DNA of 64,000 nucleotides from Camelus ferus (GCF_009834535.1 NC_045696.1:112158001-112222000); one strand, 5' to 3'; positions 49,451 to 61,902 are shown, counted from the stretch's first letter. Notes: generated by a model not told the origin, from the letters alone. Made by a program: numbers and translations.

Positions 49451-51884
49451 CTGAGGGGAGAGGTCAAAAGCAATTAGCCATCTTTCTCCAGTAAATGCTC
49501 ACTAAATGTTAATTATTTGTTATAAAAACAAAAGCTACATGAATAATAACAACCATTTTCATGTCACCTAAAACTGAGCTAATATGCTGATTTTGTCAGC
49601 ACAAATCAACATAATACCAACCTCCAGAAAACCGTTTTAATAACTGCACAAGTCAATGATAGCCCCGATGTGAATGGCTCCCCTTAGATGTGTTGCCTTT
49701 GTGCAGTGTACGTTAGCACAACTGGACAGGGCAGCCCTGTCACAAAGCCTGCATGGCTGCGACATCAGTGATCACTCAGATTTTCCAGTTCCCTCCTGGT
49801 GTTTGGAATCAGGACTGACCTCTTTCATCTGAATAAACCCCTGGGATTTCTTGGATGATTTGGGGAGAAGTGGAGAGGCCTCTGATCTCTTGAATCAGGC
49901 TGTCTACAGCAGTTAGTGAGAAGCCTTAAGGGAATTCTCTAGTTTTCATCCCTGAGCCCTCCCAGAGAAGCTAGGAAGCTCTCCTCCTCCTTGGAATTAG
50001 CAGACCTCATGCATCTAGCCCCTTGGGGAACCCAAGTCCAAGACGGGTGAGGAGAACCGTGAATATTCCCATTGTGGTGTCACATCTGGGACAGGAAATT
50101 AGAGACCAGCTGAAACTCACCACTGCCCAAATCACTGTCCTGAGATTTGATTCTTAAACACAGACACACAGTGAGTTGTTGAATTAAAGGAACATGGAAA
50201 CAGCCCAGGCTGGTTCTTTATCACTAAGCCTAGTTTTTAAGCACACATGAGATGAAAAGATATGGTAGCAACTCTTAATAAAATTATATGAATGTTTACA
50301 TAATCAAAATAGTTCTTTTGTAAGCTAGACAAATAAATACTCTGGCTGCCTCCGTCCGATCCTCCACTTTGAATAAAGAACACATGCTTAGCTGTCCTGT
50401 GTCCTATATTACAAAAGAAAAGCCCCTTTCTGTGGAATATCTGAATCATCCACTGGCAGTGTCTCAAGGTAAACAGAGTAAATTAAAAATTAATGTTTCT
50501 CATATGTACATATACACAACACGTAAGCAAATCTTGCCTCGCCAGCCACTAAAGGCAGTTGAGCCCATCATCACCACAAAAAGCCACAAAAAAACTAGAA
50601 ATGCTAGGACAACATCAAAAAATTCTGAAAACCATCTCCTGGATAAAGATAAATGTTCTTTCAGTGATTCGTCCTGTCTAATTAATCCCACGCGTGAGAC
50701 TAGACTGGAGGATGAGGGAAAAAGATGGATCGACTCTTGGCTTTTAATAGGGGGCAAAACAAAAGGAAAAACTAATACTTTCTAATCCTGATGTCTTAAA
50801 GGAAAAGAAAAAAAAAAAAGAAAGAAAACTCATGAAGATCTGCTTTTTCCTGCACATGATTATCGTCTCCTCATGAATTAGGTTTTTGATAAAAGCTGCT
50901 TCAGATTACAAGAAAACAAACAAACCATGATTCTTAGGAGCTCATATTATATTACATCTCTGTAGAGAAGACAGGAAAGCCTTTGACCAGTCTAAATCCA
51001 AAATAAAATTAAAAGTAAACTATAAGTTGGGAAAAAGAAAAGTGGCTTCTGGATTCTCTGGGTTTTTTTCAAAGCGACGTCAGGGGTGGGGAGGGGGAGG
51101 TTGCAGGATTACATGAATTGATTAAAAACCCCTTTCTTTCTCTACTGTTTCAGTTATCGGTCTGATTATTCTGCTGGTGGGGAATCTAGACCTGAATTGC
51201 CTTATTTTATCCTAAACCAGTTATTATTTTTAACCATTTGAGAGTATGAAGAAAGCAGTGAATTCCCTCCCAAGAAAGAGGTACCTGTATTCAGGCACCT
51301 ACCACTGTGCCTCCCGTCACAGAGGTGTATGGGTCTCCTAAAGTCTCTCTACACAGAACTCTTAGAAACCCGCACAAATCAGATGAAGGGCCCGGGTCTT
51401 TAGCTACTTTGCAGTCCATGTAAGTCCTTCTATACATCACAGACACTCGGGGAATGAGAGCCCTACACCGAACACAAAGTCTTCGGACCCATCGTGGTCC
51501 ACGGGTCTCAGGGACCCGCTGCCATGATACTGAAGGAATATCTCCTTGCCCCTGTGAAACCTTCTCTCCAGATCAGCTGGGGAGTAAAGCAGATCGCACA
51601 CTAATGAATGAGAGAGCTGGCTTGTTTAACAAGTCCTATGGATTGAGGCAAGAAAACAAAAGTCATAGGACTTCCCAGTTATAACCAGTGATAATGACAC
51701 AGACCAGTTCATGGGTCAGTCTGGAGAGCCAGGCTGAGAATCACCAAATGAAACAGTCAAAACACTTGGGACAGGGAATAACTTGACACTCCCAGGTAGA
51801 ATAAGGTCCCCCCCACCCCCAGGGATCCAGGTCATTCCCATCCTCCTCTTCCTTGAATAATTTACTAAGCCTTTACCACCAAAT

Positions 51885-52085
51885 CATTAAAATAACTGCG
51901 CTAAGAATTGTGGATGTGTATTACCCGCCAGGTGCCACACTAAGAACTTTCACAGACAAACTCAAGTTAACATCACATCAATGTCAAGAGGGATGTACAA
52001 TTAAAATCAGAATTTTACAGACGATGAAACAAGAGGCACGGGGACATAATTTGCCAGAGGTCCCCAAGCTAGAAAATGGTGAAGT
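51885..52085 (-). mobile_element. MIR
   Basis: gccaggtgccacactaagaactttcaca...ttttacagacgatgaaacaagaggcac...tttgccagaggtccccaagctag. Confidence 0.65.
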
Positions 52086-52799
52086 TCCTTGCCATCCTCC
52101 TTTTCCCATGGGTGTGGCCGTCTCAACTTCCCTTCAGGCAGTAGCTTCTGGCAAAATCCTCATTTCCAGCTTCTTTGGAACAGAAACAGTTATTTTTTGG
52201 AATACTCTAGGGCTGTTTGTCCTTCAGATTTTCTGCTGTGGTTGAGAGAGTCTTTCTTTCTTTCTGGGCATTTCATAACGTTTTCATCTTCTAATCTTTT
52301 TCTAAGTTTCTTCTTTCGAGGCTCATCTCACGTTTTTGCCTGTTCTGGTACCTGACCGTCCCAGCGTTTATTATATTAGGTCGGGTTATGCATCCTTGCA
52401 CAGACCGCCATGGACATTTATTCACTTGGTCAACAAGACCACCTTTTGAGAAACCCTTTAGCATGTGAGACGAAGTTTGTCTTTCTCCAGATCCTTCATA
52501 CACACTTGCCCTGCCTCCTGGTGCTTCTGAATCCTCCAATGGCTCCTGGAGGTGATGAGGTGATGTTCTCAGCACTTTCCTTTCTGCTTCCGGTGATCTG
52601 CCTCACCTGGAGGTTGGTATCTGATATCAGCATGCTGGTACCTTCGTCAAAACGGAGGCTGAAAAAGTCCCAGTTTATCATCCTACCACCGCAATAAAGG
52701 CAGGCCACTGAGACTTCAGAACTTTAGGTAGGGCCTGAGAAAATTATCATTTAATACTTAGGAGAACGCAGCCCTGCATCCTTAGGCAGATTTAAAAAG

Positions 52800-52958
52800 A
52801 AAAATGCCATGAGATTGGGACGATTCTTCATCCCATTTACAATGAGAAAAGTAAGGAACAGAGAAGTTAAATTGCCTAACACCACACAGAAGGTACACCC
52901 AGGATTTGCATCAAAGGACTTAGAAGCCTCAGTCCTTAACCATACACCTCGTTGCCCC
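52800..52958 (-). mobile_element. MIR
   Basis: catcccatttacaatgagaaaagtaaggaacagagaagttaaattgcctaac...agtccttaaccatac. Confidence 0.7.
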
Positions 52959-54564
52959 TAGCATAGAAGAGTTACGTGATAAGTGGTAACATATACATCT
53001 ACCACTTAGGGTTATGTGTGGTCCTTTTGGGAAAAGAACATACTCTGAATGTCTTTAGAGGAAAACACATAGAAATACGTTCTGGTATCCCACGAGGTGA
53101 TAGCCCAGGCCTGGTCACACAGCACAGGGCCACCTGGTCCCGGGTTACCGACCTCTCTGCCCTGGTACCCTGTGATAAAGCGCAGAGCAGGGGCAGGGCA
53201 GGGGGTGAATCTGGAAGATAATCTGCAAAGCTTGGGAATTTTTCTTCCATTTTTGCAGGAGCAGAAGGGGAAGAGATAGAGAAAGTGTGACTACGTTGCC
53301 AACTGGCTTCCAGAAGTTTCCACCCGTGAGGGACAGGTGAAGAGAGAAGCCAAGACATGGCTCCCTCTGCCTCAGGTGCTTCTCCTGTGTGGCGGAACCT
53401 CCTCTGGGGCTCGGCACCTGCCCCTGGCCCAGCCCCCAGACTCTGCAGCCCCATCTCATCTGGTTGTCCCTTCCGCCGCCCGTCAAGCTGCCATGTGGGT
53501 GGCCACGCTTCTGAAGCTCTCTTTCAGCTCTTCCATCATCCGTACAACCAATTCCCTACAGGAAATTCCTCCTGTGAGAAGAAGCCAGAAGAGTGAGCGT
53601 TTGTCATTAGTGGATGCAGACTGACGGATGGCTGGACCACTCCATTCGGGACTAGGACTCACCTCAGGCCACACAGTAGGTACTGAAGTTAAGTTCTTGG
53701 GGTCCAAAGGTCTCTCTCCAAAACCTAAACCTTTCCCATTAGAACATATTCCTCCTCAGTGAGGACTCAAGGCTTAAAATTTAATGATTAACCAATGACA
53801 AAATATATTTTTAAAAAATCTCAGTCCTCTTCAGTTTTTAAAAATTCTATTGATTCTTTTGGTAAGTTCTGATTTGTTCCTGCAGTTCTTACAGATGCAG
53901 GGGCCTTTTCTGGCAAACAGGTTGCATTTTCCTTGGTGAATCCTTCGGTAAGCATCCGTTTCCACCTCCTCTGGATTTACTTTGTCTCCTTGATACTCTC
54001 GCAGAAGCGGAGGAGACTTATCACAAGGAACAAATGATCAGGGGTCAGGCCCGGGCCCTGATGAGCCACTCCTGGCTGTGACACACGTGAAACTGGGCCC
54101 CAGGCTTCTCAGCTTGAATTGCAAAAATGCAACTAGGCTGTGGCCCTGTGAGATAGGCCAGGGTGTTGGGTAGACCCAGTTCCTCTTTTGGTGGCAGAGA
54201 ACAGATGGGAGACAGTTCCTCCCACCCTCAACACACACACACATACACAGAGCCTCTTCAGCCAGATCTCCTCAGCTTGAGATGTTTCCATCAAATAGGA
54301 TTGTGGACAAGGATGGACGTACCAGGTGATAATGGTTTTAGGCAAATGGGATGCGTTATTGCCATGGACACAAGCTGATTTCCATCTCTGGATTTTCTTC
54401 ATGGAGTCACTCCAGCCTTGGGAAATTACTTTCTGTTTGTCCAGCCAGAGTTCTGCCATGTCACCTAAACTGGGAAAATGTGTTGCTGTGTGTTGGGTAA
54501 GGTATCCTCCCCGGTAGCCAACAATACCAACACGATGACAGCAACTACCCCAGAAACATTAAAA

Positions 54565-54795
54565 ATGTTAATAGCAGCTAACCCTTGAGGGCTTAGATCG
54601 GCCAGGGCTGCTGTAAGTGATTAATTGTAACACACAGGTCCTCTGACCAGTGGGATGAAGGCGGTACTGTTATAACTTTCTCTTAAATGAGGAAACAGCT
54701 CGAGGAGGTACAGTCACTTGCCCGATGGGACAGGGCCAGGGGCAGGGAGGGGCAGAGCTGGGGTCTGAGCCCGCACAGGTCAGTGCCTTTGCCCA
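54565..54795 (-). mobile_element. MIR
   Basis: aatagcagctaac...aaatgaggaaacagctcgaggaggtacagtcacttgccc...gcagagctggggtctgagccc. Confidence 0.7.
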
Positions 54796-56050
54796 CAAGT
54801 GTGACTGCTGGACTGTGCTGACTCTCCAACACACGCCTCACCTCAGATGTGGCACGTGGTGGAAACTCACACGTGAGCTGTCTGACCTGGCTGAGACCAC
54901 ACAGCCCGGCTGTGAACACAGCGGCTCAGCCACACCTTTTGGCCCTGTGTGATGCCCAGGCCACCTCCCTGTGCTGACCGTTTGGGAGCTTTTTCTGTTC
55001 TAGAGGACCTCTCTCGCACACTGTACTTCTTTTGCGTTACATTTTGGGGGGTCCTTCCACGTGGCAGACTCTAAAGGTGTTTTCAGTCTAGTGCACAATT
55101 TCTAGGTGCCCAGCCCTGAAGAGCGGGAGACCACTTCTTCTCATAACCCAGTGCTTCAGCTGAAATAAAGTGCACATTTAATCACGCACATTTGGAAACC
55201 AACCCTTGACTCCCCTCTTGCCGGTAGGGACAGCTGACCAGATCAAAGGGAAGGGAGCGTCTCTAGAATCTGGCTTCTGAAGACTTTGGTTTCTGAGGAT
55301 CATAGGAGGCTAAAGAAGGAGGCATTAATACACATTGCTTGCCCGACTCCATCTGTGATGTGACACTCAACAGAGCAACACAGGCTTCTTGTTTTGGAAG
55401 TACTGTTTCATCTCATAATCTACTTTAGAAAATGACAAAGGTATATTTTTACAGGCTTTTCCCCATCTCTCCTTCCCTAGCAGGAAGACGAGGCCTGGCA
55501 TTTGGCCCACCCCTTAAGAGGCATTGCTCATGTTCTTACTGATGTGACCCAGCCCACATGAGAGGACTGCGCAGGGTGTCCCCTTGTTGCCTTCACACCC
55601 TGTGACACAGGGGAGGACTGGCCCAGCGCAGGGCATTTCTTGGATCCATTTCCAAATTATGTTTTGGTGGGGTGGGGTGTGAGAGGACCAACTCACCAAC
55701 TGATGGCCTTTCCCCAGCTTCACGAAGAGTAGGGAGGAGCAGCCCTTGTAGTCTGGTGAATTAGCCAAATTCTCCCACTACGGACAAGAGCGCCAGCTTC
55801 CCTCATCGGCCAGCCCTGAAGCAGAGTATTCCTCGAGCAAAAAGTGAGCAGTCAGAGAAACAAAGAATCTCTACCAAGGTTTGGCAAAACAATGGGAGGA
55901 AGGCTGACACCCCTCTTCCCACATGTTAGAAACAAAGTCATATTAAATTGGTAAAATTTTAATGAGAGGAGGGGTCCTGTCGAACCCCAGAAGAGGGGGA
56001 AAGTTAAAGTCCCAGGTTAAAGATTAATATTGCAAGTTCAGAACAAAAGG

Positions 56051-56374
56051 NNNNNNNNNNNNNNNNNNNNNNNNNNNNNNNNNNNNNNNNNNNNNNNNNN
56101 NNNNNNNNNNNNNNNNNNNNNNNNNNNNNNNNNNNNNNNNNNNNNNNNNNNNNNNNNNNNNNNNNNNNNNNNNNNNNNNNNNNNNNNNNNNNNNNNNNNN
56201 NNNNNNNNNNNNNNNNNNNNNNNNNNNNNNNNNNNNNNNNNNNNNNNNNNNNNNNNNNNNNNNNNNNNNNNNNNNNNNNNNNNNNNNNNNNNNNNNNNNN
56301 NNNNNNNNNNNNNNNNNNNNNNNNNNNNNNNNNNNNNNNNNNNNNNNNNNNNNNNNNNNNNNNNNNNNNNNNNN
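56051..56374. other. N gap (324 N); flanks not L1, possibly a young LTR
   Basis: N run read directly; the LTR interpretation is inference only. Confidence 0.9.
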
Positions 56375-57412
56375 TGTTTTTCTTAGTTACCCTCTGAGGC
56401 CAAACGCAGCACTGGAAAAGGCAGTGTGCAAGCAAGCTGTGTGTGTTAAAAAAAAAAAAATCAAACATCTAGCTCGAGCGTTTTCACACATCTCTCTTAC
56501 ATTATGACTTCTTACACGCAAGACTCAGGGTAAGCCTTCTTACAGCCCTTAAAGACATGAGTACAAAGCAAAGTTCACTGTCTTATTTTGGTCCCTTACT
56601 GACTGGTTTCTGCACATGCAGCCGATTGCTGAAATTCTTTAAGGAACGCACAGTGCTCAGTGATCGCCCCTGAGCTGATCAGCAATGGCCGTGCCGGTGC
56701 ATCCCATGGGAGAGAGCCACGTTGTCTCGAGGTGTGGATTTGTGCATATCTTTGTGGAGCAGGTGCATGTTCATTCTGGAGGGAGCGTAAAGATAAAACT
56801 CTCTTTCTCAGAGGGGGAACATCAGGGTGAGGGAACCAGAAAGGCGGGGACCTGCCCAGCGTGACAGGTGACCTGTGCCAGAGCAGAGCTGTCTCTTTGC
56901 CAAGACCCTTGCCCCTGGTCCCCTTCCGGCCGAGAAGCCCTAGAGATTTCCAGCGTCAGAGGTGGGGAGGGGGCTTGGATATTGATGACGGGGTAACATG
57001 ATGTTAAATTCTCGGGGAAAAAACGTCATCAGTGGGTCAAAGACAAATCACGATTTGTGTTCTGGGGGAGAGGGAGGGAAGCAGGAAGGTGAGGGAAAAG
57101 CAGAGGAGTGAGCAGAAAGCTAAGGGCGCTCTTCACTGTCAATGGCCCTTGTCAAGGGAAGAATGCCCTAGGAAGAAGTCAGCACAGCCCAAGAGGAAGG
57201 ATATCAACCAAACAAGCACCATCTCATCAAGGAGGTGACCACATGGGTGCATGCATGTGCACCCTTCTGACCCTGAATCTAAACCATGTGCCCACCTGGA
57301 GCCTCCAAGTGTCAGAGGTGCTCCTTGTAAAGGCTTCTGAGTGTTTGGGGGAGACCACAAAGGAACAGTCTTCCCTAGTCATGAGGTGTGTGTCCGGTGT
57401 CCTCTAACACAG

Positions 57413-57769
57413 TGTATTACTCAGCTTAGCCTGCTAACAAAAGTGCCAGAGCCTGGGCGGCTTAAACAGCAGTCCAGAGGCTGGGAGTCCAAGACAGAGG
57501 TGTTAATGTTTTATTTCTTCTGAGGCCCCCCTCAAAGATGGCTATCTTCTCTAGGGGTCTTCACCCAGTCTTCTCCCCACGTGTATCTGTGTCCTGATCT
57601 CATCTTATAAAGGACACCGGTCAGACTGGATTAGGGTCCACCCTAATGACTTTATTCAGCCTTAATGATCTCTTTAAAGACGATCACATCTCCCCAAACA
57701 CAGTCACATTGCTAGGTACTGGGTATTTAACTTCAGCATCTGAGTTTGGAGGCATGTCAGCCCATGACA
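57413..57769 (-). mobile_element. MLT1B/C-type solo LTR with perfect 5-bp TSD
   Basis: tgtattac...ggaggctgggagtccaag-like segment...ttataaaggacacc...ggattagggtccaccctaatgac...cagtcacattgctaggtactggg...cagcccatgaca; TSD cacag at 57408-57412 and 57770-57774. Confidence 0.9.
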
Positions 57770-58152
57770 CACAGTTACAAGGGGTTTTGATTTGAACAGT
57801 CCAGCTCTTCACTGGCCCAAAGAAGAGGGGTGCATTCTGCAGAAGGCTGTCTCCAGTCCCCCAACCCCAGGCCCCAGAGGGACTTTCCACCAGCCCCACC
57901 AGTACCTGCCAGAGCCTTTTCCTGATTTCCAGTAAAGCCAAGATTTCTTCACAGCTCAATGTTGTGGTGACAGCCCTTCAGCCACTAGGAATTCCTGGTA
58001 GTCTCATTCCCCACAAGGCCTGGAGTCTCTTGGCTAAGAACAGTTTGCTAGTGGCTGGAAAATGAATCCTTTGGTTCAATTCCAAAAATAATTTCTGGCT
58101 TATTCCATCACCCTCCAGTACTTCCAAGAAACTGAAGGGAATGGCCCAGACA

Positions 58153-58153
58153 G

Positions 58154-58184
<31 letters not shown>

Positions 58185-58188
58185 GAAA
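58153..58188. repeat. A-run plus (GAAAA)n microsatellite
   Basis: Read directly from the sequence. Confidence 0.95.
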
Positions 58189-58589
58189 CCCTGTTCCTCC
58201 CTCCTCCTCCTTTATTATGCTATAAACATTTGTTAATAGAGCAATTATCTTTTGAGCTGTAAAAGGCTAAGTAAGTCTGAGGAAGCAGGGGTGAAGGAGA
58301 GATGCAATTCTTCAAGCTTAATGAAGTCAAGTGAGATTATTTCAAGTGGATGTGAGTTACGGCCAGCAGAATCCTTTTCTGCTGAAGTTTAGTAAATGAT
58401 GACAGACCATTCTGTCGATCTAAACCTCCTTGCAGCTCAGTTTTGTCAGACAATATATGCATGTACACATTAAAGACATCTCTGGACAACCCTGGCCTTT
58501 TAGCAAGGGAGCTATGGTTGAGAGGTGCCTGGTGGTGACGGGGACATGGATACTGTGTCTCTTTGAGAGTCTACCGTCCATAAAGCCAT

Positions 58590-58805
58590 CCTCACTGACC
58601 ATTTGCCATGTGTCCAGCATGGTGCCGAGGACTTCATATACTTATCTTATTTCAACCTCACAGCATCCTGTGAGAGAAGTCTTATTCATCATTTTGGGTG
58701 AATGAAGAAATAGGGTCAGATACACTAAGGAACTTGACCAGGATTCCAGTGTGTGGGAGATAGAACTGATACTGGAATTCAACTTTGGGCCCAAACCTGG
58801 GCTCT
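58590..58805 (-). mobile_element. MIR
   Basis: ctgaccatttgccatgtgtccagcatggtgcc...ttcaacctcacagcatcctgtgag...gaactgatactggaattcaac. Confidence 0.7.
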
Positions 58806-59380
58806 AAATTACTGCAGGGCACGTCTGAACAGGCTCCTCTGCTGGTCCAGGCGACTGCATGCACTTTGACACATGAAGCCCTGCCTCGGTGGTGGGACAG
58901 TGTAACTGAGTTAACATCACCTTTGGCTCATGGATTATTATTCCAGAAGTTCAGGCCTCCAACTGCAGGGGAAGTTCAAGGAATGAGGAATTACAAAAGG
59001 TTCTGGTCCTCTGCTTGTTGGAAAATGGTCATTGAATGAGAACTTGCATAAAAGGGAGAGTTAAGGAGAAGGGGACATAAAAGGAGTTAAGGAGTTGGGG
59101 TAAAGATTAGTGTCCCAAATTTCTACAAGGACGGTAGAAAGCAGGACTTCAATCTTTAGGAGAGAAAGCACAATGCCAAAGGATGACAAATTCTCTTTAA
59201 AGATGGCAGTTCTGAGATGACTGTCTTTCACTGACTCTGTTGTAGGGAGTTCTGCTGATGAATGGGAGCATCTCCCGTGAAGAAAGGCAGTCTGTGGCCC
59301 GGTAATCATTCACCAAATGGGTGCCACCTGGGGTAGAGCCCCTCACACATGCGATGTCACCTCCTGGCCCAAGTCACCTC

Positions 59381-59500
59381 CTGGTTTCTCTCTGTGTGAC
59401 TGTTCTCCCATTTGCATTCTTGTTCCTCATAAATCAATCCACATCCTGCAAGTGACGCAGGTCTCACATCTTGGGCAGAAAGGCACTATTGACGTGTTCA
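59381..59500 (+). repeat. Inverted duplication, left arm (120 bp)
   Basis: Ungapped match to the reverse complement of 60664-60783, 110/120 identical by manual alignment. Confidence 0.95.
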
Positions 59501-60663
59501 GAGCTAAGGAGAAGGGGGCAGGCGGGGTAAAGATTAGTTCCAAAGTCTCTCTAGATCATTTATTCTGCTGCTAGTTATTTATTTCATATTCCAGAATATC
59601 TTAACCACTTCCCTCCTTTCTCTCCAAGCTGAGGTCACAGTAAAAAGCACCAGCTGCCTGCTAGGTGCAGTGTTGCCTGTACCCCACGTGGACAGTTCCC
59701 TAGAACTGCTTTACAGTATCTGCGCCTTGAATTTCTTGACAATGTTTTACTATATTTTGCCACTTACTTTTAACACTACTTTTGATACTTTTAGCTGGAT
59801 AAACATACTGTTTAATGTCTATTAAATATGAGTTTTTTTTAAAAAGCCACCAGCTTTGAGGATAACTTAATAGTGAAAAATACCTTCCCCTCCCCTTTTA
59901 ATGCACCTTGATGTATAAATTTGTGATCTGACACGCACTCCCTGAACGTCAGGGATGACAGTGGATCTGCTTTTACTGAGCTCTAAGTGAATATGGCTAA
60001 GAACAGATGGAAGAGAAATGGTTCTATCATGAGCTACAATCATATCTCAACAATGTCTATTTGCATCCTTCCTGAATTTAGTTTTCAAAATTAAATGAAT
60101 GGTGAAAAATAGGAAATACAGAAGACATTATATTTATGTAGAACACTTTGTAATTTACAAGTGATTTTCCATGCATTTTATCAGCTAACAAAGGGGAAGA
60201 CCCTTCACAATTTTTGAACTCATACCCAAGGAGCTGGAATTTGTGAAGAACACCTGGTACTAAGGGAGGCTGAGGTGCCCATCTGTGTGTGGACTAGGAT
60301 GGATGGAGGCATTTCCCCTCCACACTTCCCTCTTCTGCCCTGCCAATGACCTCAGCGCTGGCCTCGGCGACCAACGTCCCGTAGAACGAGAGGTTATTTA
60401 GCTTGGTATGAGTGGAGCTTTGGGAATCTCTGTAGAGAAATTGCTTATTCCAAAAACTTAGCTTCTTTCTCTTTCTTAGAAGTGGAAACACAGGAAGAAA
60501 TGTGGTTTGGAATACAGAGTATATGGAAAAAGCAAAGCCGAGCCAGGAACGAACTTTGGGTGGAGAAAGGACCATGCATTTAGGATGCATTCTCTTCTCT
60601 GCTGGAAGAGAACACCAGAATTCACAGACACGCACCCTGGGTGCTTAACTTTATTCAAGGTGA

Positions 60664-60783
60664 TGAACACGTCAACAGTGCCTTTCTGCCCAAGATGTGA
60701 GACCTGAATCACTTGCAGGATGTGGATTAATTTATGAGGACCACAAATGCAAATGGGAAAACAGTCACACAGTGAGAAGCCAG
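60664..60783 (-). repeat. Inverted duplication, right arm (120 bp)
   Basis: Partner of 59381-59500; spacer between the arms is 1163 bp. Confidence 0.95.
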
Positions 60784-60999
60784 TGGCCTCTTCCATGGCT
60801 CCTAAGCTCATCCAGGAGAAAGTCTCTGCTGCAGTGTGTCTCTCCTTCTCTGATATCCCCTTAACAGAGAGAGGGAGGGATTCACAGTGGACAGGGACGT
60901 TTTCACTTATAACTATGATACATATAGTCTCTCATAAAATAAATACATTTAAGTAAAACGTGTAGATTTAGTTAAAGAGAAGTATATAACGAGTAATAG

Positions 61000-61150
61000 T
61001 ACAGGTGTCACTTACCATGATGAACTCACCTCTGAGTCTCAATTTACTGCTCTGTGAAATGTGAACATACTACCATTGTGGGGTTGTTGTGAATATGAGA
61101 AAGAACTCTGTCAATACCTAGATACTATTAAGATGTTCAAATGGCCAGTT
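61000..61150 (+). mobile_element. MIR fragment
   Basis: cacctctgagtctcaatttactgctctgtgaaatg...ggggttgttgtgaatatgag. Confidence 0.65.
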
Positions 61151-61179
61151 TACATGTGGGTGAAGACTAAGCCAACTTG

Positions 61180-61480
61180 GGGAACCAGGAATCAGAGAAA
61201 AATCATTAGGGAGTTGTGTTTAGAGGGTGAAAGGAGTGCAGTAAGGAGGTGGGGCTTTAAGCTCAGGTGGTGGGGCGCCTGAAGGTTTTGAACAGGGTCT
61301 TGTTATGACCAAAGAGGTAGTTGAAGAAAGTGAATCCAGCAACTCCGTCCAGGACACACTGGAGAAGAAAGAGGCTGGAGAGGAGGAGGCACTTGAAAAC
61401 CTTATTGCAAAATGCCGGAGGGGCGGCAGTAGAGAGGGCATGAAGAATACAGCACTGTATGCAAGAGAGAGGGCCAGAGG
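61180..61480 (-). mobile_element. L2 fragment
   Basis: gaaggttttgaacagggtcttgttatgacc...ggagaagaaagaggctggagaggagg. Confidence 0.55.
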
Positions 61481-61692
61481 GGGTCGGGGGTTGGCAATTA
61501 ATCAAACGGGTTTGGGCAGCTAGAGAGTGGTCCTTGGCTGAGATAGACGGCTTAAAGGAAACAAAATAGGGAGGGCAGAAAAAGTGGGTTTTAGAAATTT
61601 TTTTTTGAAGCTTTAATTCATCATTTTATTTTTGTTTTTGTTTTTGTTTTTTCTTCCAGATACTAGTCCAAATGCCCATGATTTTCCCTTAA

Positions 61693-61895
61693 CTTTTTTT
61701 ACCTATTGATTTATAATCATTTTACAATGTTGTGTCAAATTTCAGTGTAGAGCACAATTTTTCAGTTATACATGAACATATATATATTCATTGTCACATT
61801 TCTTTCTCTGCGAGCTACCATAAGATCTTGTATATATTTCCCTGTGCTACACGGTATAATCTTGTTTATCTAACTCTACAATTCTGAAATCCCAG
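61693..61895 (-). mobile_element. Young camelid L1 3' tail
   Basis: cattttacaatgttgtgtcaaatttcagtgtagagcacaatttttcagttatacatgaac...tttccctgtgctacac...ctgaaatcccag. Confidence 0.88.
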
Positions 61896-61902
61896 TTTTT
61901 GA

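Noticed and set aside
59405-60760. Immunoglobulin promoter or snRNA gene suggested by octamer motifs
   Set aside because: No leader or V exon, recombination signal sequence or snRNA sequence nearby; an 8-mer occurs by chance.
59381-60783. Inverted arms as TIRs of a 1.4-kb DNA transposon
   Set aside because: No TSD (gtcacctc versus tggcctct), no TA flanks, termini unlike hAT or Tc1, and no transposase trace in the spacer.
59317-60811. Paralogous small proteins (GFSLCDC...HLGQKGT.DVF) in ORFs 59317-59574 and 60476-60811
   Set aside because: Similarity is confined to the 120-bp inverted arms, and most substitutions are non-synonymous (about 7 of 10), as expected for non-coding DNA.
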